A stretch of 64,000 nucleotides of DNA from Candidatus Brennerbacteria bacterium (lineage in GTDB: Bacteria > Patescibacteriota > Minisyncoccia > UBA6257 > GWB1-50-10), in contig JACPEK010000002.1 of NCBI GenBank assembly GCA_016183535.1, positions 1,382 through 65,381 on the forward strand, in the 5' to 3' direction. Position numbers and translations under genes: made by a program. Shown piece by piece: positions 55,191 through 63,430 of the stretch (position 1 is its first letter; every line of letters begins with the position of its first letter). The notes beneath the pieces were generated by a model. That model was not told the origin of the DNA and ran no database searches. It saw nothing but the letters and a program-made list of their open reading frames with translations.

Positions 55191-58100
55191 ATGCGTAGGG
55201 CCACCGTATCACTCATTGTACTTGCGGTTACGATAGGAATTGTTTTTCCTGCTCGGGCACTCGCGTACGATCAAGAAACTACTCACGCCGCACTCACGGA
55301 TGAGGCGGTGGATTTCTACAACCTTCTCTATCCGGACGAACCACTCACCGCCGAGCAAAAAGAATGGATTGTAGAGGGAAGCATCAACGAGGATGAATTT
55401 CCGCGGTGGCTGAACCACTTCTATGACCCGATAAGGAAAATTGGATGGAATGGTGAACATCAAGGGATCGCGAGCGCCGGGGCAACGCGCGCGGTAGCGT
55501 ATGCAACATTAGTGCCGATCGGCGGCGCAGTTCTCCCCACGACAGCGTGGGTGCACGATCACGCCATGCAAGCCGGCCCCTACGCGAATATGGGAGGCGA
55601 CCGCACGTGGGAGCAGGCGCTTAAATACTACGTGGATGGAAACAAGGAAGAAGCATACCGGACGCTCGGCCACGCCCTCCATCTTCTTCAAGACATGACG
55701 GTACCCGACCACAGCCGGAATGATTCGCATGCGCCGCTTGCCGGTGACGACGGATCGCCTCTTGAGGATTATCTGGAAAAATGGAATCGCGGGAATATCG
55801 GGGAGTTGGATTTGGTCGGTAATCTTACTGCACAAAATACGCGGCCGCCCTCGTTCAATAAAATCGAGGACTATTTTACAAACACGGCAGAGTACAGCAA
55901 TAAACATTTCTTCTCAAAGGACACTATAATTAGTGATGTATACACTTTTCCAGAAATAGTCAAGGATAATGGAAATTTTGGATATGGAATTGATGAGAAC
56001 GGAAATGAATTTCCACTTGCGGGTGTTGATTTTATAACCGATGAAAGTAAAAAAGTTTCGAAAATATTTTTAATTGGGAACAAAAAAGAGTACTACCCCA
56101 TCCTCAACGCATATTTCTCCCGCCTCGCGCCAAAAGCAGTGCTTTATGGCGCAGGTGTCATCGAACTGTTTGAAAAGCAGGCGCGCGACGCGCTTGAGTT
56201 CAAGGATATCGCTCCCCATGCTACGCGTTTGGATTTATCGCGCGTAACTTCACTCTTCTCATTTTCGCTTGGCGCATTGGGAAAAAATATTGTAACCGGT
56301 GTTGCTTCTTTACCCTCTTTGATTGGTCGAGTATTTTCTACCGCGGTGGGTGGCGTAAAAAACGCCGCGAGCGATGTGGCGGCGTTCACGCAGAATATTA
56401 TCTCGAAGATTCAGAATAATCCTAAGCGTGCCGCGGAGATCGCGACGGAAAGCGCGGAGCAAATAGAAAATCTCCTCGCGGGGGATCCGACGGACGGCGT
56501 CGTGATCGACACCGAGGAAGAACGGGCACAACTCAAGGAGCTCCAGAATCAACTCGACGATATCGCGGATCAAGTAGACGACTTCACGTATCAAGTGGAT
56601 AAGGCGGCGGGGAACGAGGGAAGGGGAGGAGCGCAGGAAACCGCTGGTGGCGCTGACGAAACGGAGGACGCGCAGAAGAAGACTGGTAGTGTGGACAAAA
56701 GCGTTGATACGAAAGAGAAAACGAATAACACGGGAAGTAAGAAAAATATTTCAAGTGGGGGAGGCGGTGGTGTGGCGGCGAGTGCACCGAATCTCGCGAT
56801 TACCGAGATTATGTATAACGCGTCCGGCACCGACGACGGGCGCGAATGGATTGAAGTGAGGAATGATGGGGCCTCCTCCGCAAGTTTTGATGACGTGCGG
56901 TTTCTTGAGGGTGGCACAAATCATCGGCTCGTGTTTGCGCGTGGCGCCGCGGCGCTCGCGGCGGGCGCCTATGCGATTATCACCGATGATGCTGATCGGT
57001 TTATCATTGATTATCCATCATTCGCGGGGAGTCTCTTCGATAGTTCGTTCTCCCTCTCGAACGACGGCGAGACGCTCGCGCTCACGTTCAATGGCAGTAC
57101 CTTTCATTCGGTTTCATACAGCTCGAGCACGGGCGCGCATGGCGACGGGAACTCTCTCCAATTGATCGGGGCGGCATGGCAAGCGGCGACACCGACGCCG
57201 GGTGTGGTGAATGTCGCGGGGTCATCCGGCGGCGGATCTTCAGGTGAGGGTTCTTTAAGCGCCACTTCGACCGCAACCTCCTCGCCGCCCACGTCAGGGT
57301 TCGGCGCCTCCCACGTGGTGATAAGTGAGGTACAGGTGGCGGGCGCGGATGCGGGCGACGAGTTTATCGAACTTTACAATCCGACGGATCAGGCGGTGGA
57401 TATGTCAGGCTGGTCGCTCCAGTACGCGGGCGGCAACACCGTCGTTACGTCTTCCACAGTAAGCAAGAAGAATTTTCTCGCGACGAGTTCCATTGTGGCG
57501 AAAAGCTTTTACCTTGTGGGGCGCGGACTCGACGAAGCAGGCGGAGACGGCTATCGCGGGAGCGTCGTATCTGATATGGCCCACCGCACGTTTTCGCTTT
57601 CGGGCGCCTCGGCGGGTGCCAAGCTTTTCCTTGTGCCAAGCTCTACATTAATAGAAAGCGAAACCGATCCGATTATTCTCGACACGCTCGATTACACCTC
57701 GACCACCGTGGTGGACGCGGGTCAAAGTTTCGAGCGGCGCGCGTGGAGCAATAATCTTTGCCACTCGGCGATCGCGGGCGGCACGGGAGAATTTCTAGGG
57801 AACGGGTGCGATACTGGTACCTTTGCGGAAGACTTTGAGATACGGGCGGCGGCGAATCCACAAAACAGCGGGAGCTTCAAAGAACCACGCACGGCGCCCT
57901 CGGTGCTCCAGGCCCCGACGGGGACTACGGCACTCGCCGTCTATAACCGCAATGCGATCGCCATCAACTTTGCATGGCAAGCCTCAAGTGATTTCGAGGG
58001 TGCAACCTCCACCGTTACCTACCGCGTTACGAATGCGTCAACCTCCGCGATTATTTTCAATACGACCTCAACATCGTTTTCGAAACAAATAACCGAGGTG

Positions 58101-59615
58101 GGACGCTCATATTCATATATCTTCCAAGCATTTGATCGCGACGGCATGGGATCCGCGACAAGCTCCGTTACGGTGGAAGCGCCGAGTTTTTTGAGCGCGC
58201 TCTATCTCTATCCCGATCCGTTTGCTACGAGCAGTCGTTATGTGATTGACCTCTACTATGATTCATATCCATTCATCCCGCATCGCTGGAGTTCGGGCGG
58301 CGCGTGGCGCCTGCCGCTGTTCTACTTGAACCGCGTTGCGCCGGGGAGTACGAGCACACACGTCTATGATCCTGAACCGATTTCCGCGGCGCTTGCCAAC
58401 GGCATCGTCGCGATGAAATTTCGCGACTGCGGTGGTCAACCGGACGAGGTGAATGTACGGGTGCGCCTGCCCGACACCGCCGCGCAGTGTGTATCCTCCG
58501 GCGCGGGCGTGGACGACATAGCCTTCTCACTATTGGAGGATCCCCACCTGCGGCTCACGCTCGCCTCGTCAAGCGACGCGCTTCCGCTTTCAACATCTGA
58601 TTATCTCACCGTCGCCTTCTATGATTATTCGACGCCCACCTTGGTATACGGTGGCGGCCGCGCGTTCTCGCTCGTCGCGACCGACACGAATCAATACCAT
58701 TTCAGTGTTTCCGCCCCCGCCTTCATCGCTCCGCACATTCCCGATTCGTTCACCGTAGAATTTGACGCCACAAGCTCGCGCCTCATCGCGCGATGGGCGA
58801 CCTCGACCGACGTAGACACTTTGGATAACCTTCTCACCTACGAAGTTGCATTTTCGACGAGTACCTCTCCCGCGGAGTCTGACTGGCAGTCTGCAGGGTC
58901 CCAGCCGCACGCGGATGTGGATGACCAGACGTTTATCTCCCATCGCTACCTGCGGCACGTGGCGCCGGGCGACGCATTCACCATAGGCGTGCGCGCGAAG
59001 GACGAATTTGGCGTAACCTCGACGCCGCGCACCGCGGCGTGGCAATATCAGGCCGCCACGGAGGTGTTTTTACAGGCAACGAGCACCGGGTGGAGTAACG
59101 TGTGGGGTCAAAAGGATTCGGGGCACCCGCAATATCCTGCTCGGGCATCCCTCCAAAGCATTGTTCCTGCGAGCGCGCTTATATTCGATGTTGCGACGAT
59201 ACGGGCGTGGGAAGAGGTAATAGGAAGAAGCGTGCTGACCACGCTCCGGCTCGGTGTGTTCGTGGATGACGGCGCGAACCGACCGCTCCTCACAAACAAA
59301 CTTGGCGAGGCCACGGTCGATCAACTTGGAAATTTCGCAACCTCCACCGATCTCGCGTTTGTGTTTACCTCTCCTATAACGCTTGCCACAAGTACAAAAT
59401 ATTGGTTTGCACTCGACGTGGGGAGCGTGAGCGACAACGCGGCATATTTTGAAAATCAGTGGCGGAACGCGATCGCGACCGGCGACCCCTATTCCGCGGG
59501 GCAGGCAGGGAGAGGCGCGGTGGAGGAATGCGCCAACAACGACTATTGCGGCACGAGTATTCCCTCGCCCTCGGCCGACGCGGATTGGTATCTGAAACTG
59601 TATTTGCGGCAGTAG
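55191..59615 (+). CDS. Giant secreted surface protein: zinc-dependent phospholipase C / P1-nuclease-like N-domain, two lamin-tail domains (LTD), and a ~900-aa beta-rich C-terminal region
   Basis: Signal peptide ARALA|YDQ. PLC/S1-P1 fold motifs NHFYDP and GHALHLLQDMTVPDH. LTD1 LAITEIMYNASGTDDGREWIEVRN, LTD2 VVISEVQVAGADAGDEFIELYNPTDQAVDMSGWSL. 1474 aa. Confidence 0.7.
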   Translation: MRRATVSLIVLAVTIGIVFPARALAYDQETTHAALTDEAVDFYNLLYPDEPLTAEQKEWIVEGSINEDEFPRWLNHFYDPIRKIGWNGEHQGIASAGATRAVAYATLVPIGGAVLPTTAWVHDHAMQAGPYANMGGDRTWEQALKYYVDGNKEEAYRTLGHALHLLQDMTVPDHSRNDSHAPLAGDDGSPLEDYLEKWNRGNIGELDLVGNLTAQNTRPPSFNKIEDYFTNTAEYSNKHFFSKDTIISDVYTFPEIVKDNGNFGYGIDENGNEFPLAGVDFITDESKKVSKIFLIGNKKEYYPILNAYFSRLAPKAVLYGAGVIELFEKQARDALEFKDIAPHATRLDLSRVTSLFSFSLGALGKNIVTGVASLPSLIGRVFSTAVGGVKNAASDVAAFTQNIISKIQNNPKRAAEIATESAEQIENLLAGDPTDGVVIDTEEERAQLKELQNQLDDIADQVDDFTYQVDKAAGNEGRGGAQETAGGADETEDAQKKTGSVDKSVDTKEKTNNTGSKKNISSGGGGGVAASAPNLAITEIMYNASGTDDGREWIEVRNDGASSASFDDVRFLEGGTNHRLVFARGAAALAAGAYAIITDDADRFIIDYPSFAGSLFDSSFSLSNDGETLALTFNGSTFHSVSYSSSTGAHGDGNSLQLIGAAWQAATPTPGVVNVAGSSGGGSSGEGSLSATSTATSSPPTSGFGASHVVISEVQVAGADAGDEFIELYNPTDQAVDMSGWSLQYAGGNTVVTSSTVSKKNFLATSSIVAKSFYLVGRGLDEAGGDGYRGSVVSDMAHRTFSLSGASAGAKLFLVPSSTLIESETDPIILDTLDYTSTTVVDAGQSFERRAWSNNLCHSAIAGGTGEFLGNGCDTGTFAEDFEIRAAANPQNSGSFKEPRTAPSVLQAPTGTTALAVYNRNAIAINFAWQASSDFEGATSTVTYRVTNASTSAIIFNTTSTSFSKQITEVGRSYSYIFQAFDRDGMGSATSSVTVEAPSFLSALYLYPDPFATSSRYVIDLYYDSYPFIPHRWSSGGAWRLPLFYLNRVAPGSTSTHVYDPEPISAALANGIVAMKFRDCGGQPDEVNVRVRLPDTAAQCVSSGAGVDDIAFSLLEDPHLRLTLASSSDALPLSTSDYLTVAFYDYSTPTLVYGGGRAFSLVATDTNQYHFSVSAPAFIAPHIPDSFTVEFDATSSRLIARWATSTDVDTLDNLLTYEVAFSTSTSPAESDWQSAGSQPHADVDDQTFISHRYLRHVAPGDAFTIGVRAKDEFGVTSTPRTAAWQYQAATEVFLQATSTGWSNVWGQKDSGHPQYPARASLQSIVPASALIFDVATIRAWEEVIGRSVLTTLRLGVFVDDGANRPLLTNKLGEATVDQLGNFATSTDLAFVFTSPITLATSTKYWFALDVGSVSDNAAYFENQWRNAIATGDPYSAGQAGRGAVEECANNDYCGTSIPSPSADADWYLKLYLRQ

Positions 59616-59616
59616 A

Positions 59617-61020
59617 ATGCGCTATGATTTGCCCATGACGCAAGAACAAGCGCTTTTGGTTTTAAAAAGCGGTGCCAATGTCTTTCTCACCGGCGAGCCG
59701 GGATCGGGAAAAACACACACCGTGACCCGCTACGTGGCCTATCTGCGGGAGTACGGTATCGAGCCCGCGATCACCGCCTCGACCGGCATCGCGGCGACGC
59801 ATGTAGGAGGCATGACCATTCACGCGTGGAGCGGCATCGGCGTGCGGAAATCGCTCTCGCGCGACGAGGCGGAATCTCTGGCGGACAACGATCGACTCGC
59901 CGCGCGGGTCGCGCGCGCCACGGTACTCATTATTGACGAAATCTCGATGCTCGACGCCGCGACGCTCTCTGCGGTGGACCTTGCGTGCCGCGCGCTCCGC
60001 CGACGCGAGTCGCCGTTCGGCGGTTTGCAGATCGTGCTCGTGGGGGATTTTTTCCAACTGCCGCCCGTCGCGCGCGAGGACGAGCCGCCGGCGCAATTTG
60101 CGTTCCATTCCTCCTCGTGGGAGGATGCAAACCTCTCCGTATGCTACCTCTCGGAGCAATACCGGCAAGACGACCCGGCCTTCCTTTCGTTCCTTGCAAC
60201 CCTGCGGCGTGGCGCGGCAAACCATGAAACGTCCGCGGCGCTCCGCGCGGGCGTAAAGGAGGGCGTCCGCGACGCGCACGACACACACCTTTACGCGCAC
60301 AACGTTGATGTCGATCGTATGAACGAGAATCATTTAACGGCGCTCCCCGGGGAATCCCATGCGTTTGTGATGGAATCGCACGGCGCAAAGGCGCTCGTCG
60401 AGCAATTGAAACGCGGGTGTCTTTCGCCCGAACGGCTCTCGCTTAAAACCAGTGCGCGCGTGCTCTTCACAAAAAATAATTTTGAAAATGGATTTGTGAA
60501 CGGCACGCTCGGCGAGGTGGAAGATTTTGCCGAGGATGGCTATCCGTTGGTGCGTACGCGCACGGGGCGCCTCATCCACGCGCTTCCCATGGAATGGTCC
60601 ATCATGGACGGTGCACGTGCGCTCGCCCGCATCCGGCAGGTGCCCTTGAAGCTCGCATGGGCGATTACCATGCATAAAAGTCAGGGGATGACGCTCGATG
60701 TCGCCACGGTGGACCTCTCTCGCGCGTTCGAGTACGGGCAGGGATACGTAGCGCTCTCCCGCGTGCGCTCTTTTGCGGGTCTCTCCCTCCTCGGCTGGAA
60801 TGAACGCGCGCTCGAAGTGCATCCCGACATTCTCGCGCGCGACGAAGATTTTCGGGCGCACGCGGCGCGTACCGCGGCCGCGCTTGCAGGGCGCGCACCC
60901 GCCGCACAAAATGGGCTCGAAAAAAAATTCATTACCGCGTGCGGCGGGAAAATGAAGAAATCAAACGCGGCGCGGAGGGGTAGGTGGCGTACGCGGAGAA
61001 AATTTTCTACCCGCGGCTAA
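59617..61020 (+). CDS. Pif1/RecD2-family ATP-dependent DNA helicase with a basic C-terminal tail
   Basis: Walker A GEPGSGKT, Walker B LIIDEISM, VLVGDFFQLPPV, MHKSQGMT..VALSRV motifs. It starts 2 nt after the giant protein's stop. Confidence 0.8.
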   Translation: MRYDLPMTQEQALLVLKSGANVFLTGEPGSGKTHTVTRYVAYLREYGIEPAITASTGIAATHVGGMTIHAWSGIGVRKSLSRDEAESLADNDRLAARVARATVLIIDEISMLDAATLSAVDLACRALRRRESPFGGLQIVLVGDFFQLPPVAREDEPPAQFAFHSSSWEDANLSVCYLSEQYRQDDPAFLSFLATLRRGAANHETSAALRAGVKEGVRDAHDTHLYAHNVDVDRMNENHLTALPGESHAFVMESHGAKALVEQLKRGCLSPERLSLKTSARVLFTKNNFENGFVNGTLGEVEDFAEDGYPLVRTRTGRLIHALPMEWSIMDGARALARIRQVPLKLAWAITMHKSQGMTLDVATVDLSRAFEYGQGYVALSRVRSFAGLSLLGWNERALEVHPDILARDEDFRAHAARTAAALAGRAPAAQNGLEKKFITACGGKMKKSNAARRGRWRTRRKFSTRG

Positions 61021-61053
61021 TCCCTACCTACGGCAAGGCACGTTTTTGTTTTT

Positions 61054-61290
61054 TTGGAGTACAATGAACGTATGAGATTCTTCGTGCGCGTGAAGCCGAA
61101 CGCGAAGGAGGAGAAAGTGACGGGCGAGGGGACGAATTTTACGGTAGCGGTGAAAGCGCCGCCGCGCGAGGGCAAGGCAAACACGGCGGTCATCGCGGCG
61201 CTCGCCGCGCATTTCAACGTGCCAAAATCGCAGGTCAACATTGTTGCCGGCCACGTTGCACGCCACAAAGTCATTGAAATTTCTCCCTAG
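61054..61290 (+). CDS. DUF167 (YggU-like) small protein
   Basis: RFFVRVKPNAKEEKV...VAVKAPPREGKANTAVIAALAAHFNVPKSQVNIVAGHVARHKVIEI. Confidence 0.75.
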   Translation: MEYNERMRFFVRVKPNAKEEKVTGEGTNFTVAVKAPPREGKANTAVIAALAAHFNVPKSQVNIVAGHVARHKVIEISP

Positions 61291-61330
61291 CACAACATTC
61301 CAACATTCTGCAGAATGTTGGAATGTTGTG
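61291..61330. repeat. Perfect 40-bp palindrome, family copy C (CACAACATTCCAACATTCTG|CAGAATGTTGGAATGTTGTG)
   Basis: It starts immediately after the DUF167 stop and overlaps the -35 position of the TATAAT (61347-61352) promoter of the ArsR-like gene. Confidence 0.9.
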
Positions 61331-61358
61331 GAAAAAGTCGGTGCGGTATAATGAAACT

Positions 61359-61625
61359 ATGAAAACGCCACAGCAACTGGAGCGATATTTCAAGGGGGCG
61401 GCGAACCATTGGCGTATCTCAATTTTGACCGCCGTCGGGAAACACAACGGCATTACGCTCGATGGAGTCGCGCGAGCGCTCGGCGGCAATTTCAAGACCG
61501 TTTCACAACATACCCGTCAGCTGGTGCGCGCGGGGCTTCTTAATAAGCGATATCAAGGACGCTGGGTCACTCATTCGCTTTCGCCCTACGGCCGCCGATT
61601 TCTCACCTTTATGAGAACATTCTAA
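61359..61625 (+). CDS. ArsR/SmtB-family winged-helix transcriptional regulator
   Basis: 88 aa; HTH GITLDGVARALGGNFKTVSQHTRQLVRAGLL. Start set at MKTPQQ, 6 nt after the TATAAT box (leaderless). The ORF track's 61323 start lies inside the palindrome. Confidence 0.65.
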   Translation: MKTPQQLERYFKGAANHWRISILTAVGKHNGITLDGVARALGGNFKTVSQHTRQLVRAGLLNKRYQGRWVTHSLSPYGRRFLTFMRTF

Positions 61626-61652
61626 TATTCTGCAGAATGTTAGAATGTTGTA
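61617..61652. repeat. Palindrome family copy D (ACATTCTAATATTCTG|CAGAATGTTAGAATGT, one mismatch)
   Basis: It overlaps the ArsR-like stop codon. Confidence 0.85.
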
Positions 61653-61692
61653 AGAAGGAAAAGAAAGCTTAACGATACGACGGTGCGGGGCG

Positions 61693-62439
61693 GTGTGTAT
61701 ACTTTCCATGCTTCGCAAAGGAAAGAAAAAGAGCGAGCGCGACGTCGTGCTCGTGGCGGTTCTCAAAGATCCGCGCGATCTCCGCATCCTGCGGCGAAAG
61801 CGCTGGTATCGGATCCCGCTCGCGTTTCTGCCGAAGCGGAAGTTCCACTACCTCGCGTTTTATCAACCCGCGATCTTCGGAAAGAACGGAACGCGCATCG
61901 CATACTACGGGCGGGTGGCACGGCAGAGAGTCGCGGAACGCGTGAAACTCCTGCCGTGCGAAGTGAGCCACCCGCGGGCGCATCATTTATACGCACAGAT
62001 ATTTTTGAAGCGGATCGAAACGCTCCCGCGTCCGATACGGAATGTCGCGCCGCGCCGAGTCTCCTTTGGCTTCACCACGCTCGCGAAGCTCCGCACGGCC
62101 AAAAATCTCCTTGCGCTCTATGGGGTGCCGCCGACCGAAGACATTATGGCGCGCGCACTTCGGCGCGAAAATCTCCGCGCGCTCCGTGAATTCCCCGTTT
62201 CACTCGCGGGGAAACGTTTTCGGTTGGACTTCGCGGTGCTCGCGGGTGGGCGGCGGATCGCGATCGAGTGTGACAACGAAAAGGCGCATGCAAATAAAAT
62301 CCAACGACGCCGGGATCGGGCCAAAAACATTGTCCTCCGCCGCGCGGGTTGGCGCGTGATTCGTCTCGGGGAGCACGATATTACGGAGCACCTCGACGTG
62401 TGTATGGAAAGAATCCGCATCAACATAGAAAAGATATGA
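61693..62439 (+). CDS. DUF559 (Vsr-like endonuclease fold) domain protein with an unknown N-terminal domain
   Basis: C-terminal RLDFAVLAGGRRIAIECDNEKAHANKIQRRRDRAKNIVLRRAGWRVIRLGEHDI matches the DUF559 pattern. Confidence 0.6.
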   Translation: MCILSMLRKGKKKSERDVVLVAVLKDPRDLRILRRKRWYRIPLAFLPKRKFHYLAFYQPAIFGKNGTRIAYYGRVARQRVAERVKLLPCEVSHPRAHHLYAQIFLKRIETLPRPIRNVAPRRVSFGFTTLAKLRTAKNLLALYGVPPTEDIMARALRRENLRALREFPVSLAGKRFRLDFAVLAGGRRIAIECDNEKAHANKIQRRRDRAKNIVLRRAGWRVIRLGEHDITEHLDVCMERIRINIEKI

Positions 62440-62654
62440 AATATGGAACGGACAACCCGCATCCGCCCCTGCGGAGCGAGATCAAGGTGGGCGACGCGGT
62501 GTGGGTCATAGAAAAAGCCAACTACGGCACGACGAACTACACGCAGGGCATCGTGGCGGCTATCCTCTCGCCCGGCGGTGTCCATCCGAGGGGCATCAAA
62601 GTGCGCCTCACCGACGGTATCATCGGCAGGGTGCAGTGGAAGATAGAGGGTTAG
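62436..62654 (+). CDS. YwbE-like (DUF2196) small protein
   Basis: GDAVWVIEKANYGTTNYTQGIVAAILSPGGVHPRGIKVRLTDGIIGRV. Its start overlaps the upstream stop (ATGA). Confidence 0.7.
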   Translation: MKYGTDNPHPPLRSEIKVGDAVWVIEKANYGTTNYTQGIVAAILSPGGVHPRGIKVRLTDGIIGRVQWKIEG

Positions 62655-62674
62655 TTGTTTATAATAAAAGGAAG

Positions 62675-63394
62675 ATGAAGGCAATAGGGATAGATGTAGG
62701 CGGTTCGAAGATACGCGCGGTGCGGGTTCGGCTGGCTCACCGCGAGCGGTGGAACGGCACGAGGGTAGAGAAGCTCGTCGTCGCGAAAACTCCGCGGAGC
62801 GCCGCGGCGCTCACCAAGATTCTCCGGCGGATAATCGTGTCGCTTGAAGAACATGAAGCGTTTTCTGTGGGAATAGGATTTGCAGGCGTCGTTCAGGACC
62901 GGAAGATCGTTATGAGCCCCAATAACCGATTTTTAAAACACTATGATCCTTCGCGCGCGCTTGGTCGTGCGGTGACAATAGACAACGACGCGCGTGTGTT
63001 TGCCAGAGCTGAATATGCCATGGGTGCGGCGAAGGGAGCTCAACGCGCGCTCTTTCTTACATTCGGCACGGGTGTGGGTCGCGCGTACGGTATTGGAAGT
63101 GAGGTAAAGCGCGTGAAGCGATTCGAGTACCCGGAGCAATGGGAGAAACATTATCAACACGTGAAGGGTGTTGCGGCGCTCGCGCCGTTCCTTGCGGAAA
63201 AACTTCAGCCGCTCATCCGTGCATACCAGCCGGCAGTTATCGTCGCGGGCGGCGCAGTTGCCGAGAAAAAAGGATTTATTGCCGCGTTCCGTGCGGAATT
63301 AAAGAAGCGGGGGTTTAAAGACGTTGTTGCGGGCGCCAAGCTTGGCACGCTTGCGGGCGCGATCGGCGCGGCGATGACTGCACGTGCAAAATAA
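62675..63394 (+). CDS. ROK-family sugar kinase (glucokinase-like)
   Basis: N-terminal IGIDVGGSKIRAV ATP-binding motif; sugar-kinase fold. AAAAGGAAG RBS. Confidence 0.7.
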   Translation: MKAIGIDVGGSKIRAVRVRLAHRERWNGTRVEKLVVAKTPRSAAALTKILRRIIVSLEEHEAFSVGIGFAGVVQDRKIVMSPNNRFLKHYDPSRALGRAVTIDNDARVFARAEYAMGAAKGAQRALFLTFGTGVGRAYGIGSEVKRVKRFEYPEQWEKHYQHVKGVAALAPFLAEKLQPLIRAYQPAVIVAGGAVAEKKGFIAAFRAELKKRGFKDVVAGAKLGTLAGAIGAAMTARAK

Positions 63395-63429
63395 CATTCC
63401 AACATTCTGCAGAATGTTGGAATGTTGTG
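63393..63429. repeat. Palindrome family copy E (AACATTCCAACATTCTG|CAGAATGTTGGAATGTTGTG)
   Basis: It overlaps the ROK stop codon and ends 1 nt before the GH1 start codon. Confidence 0.9.
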
Positions 63430-63430
63430 A

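Noticed and set aside
12625-63429. Whether the palindrome copies constitute a CRISPR array
   Set aside because: The copies are tens of kb apart, have no regular spacer periodicity, are themselves perfect palindromes, and no cas genes are present.
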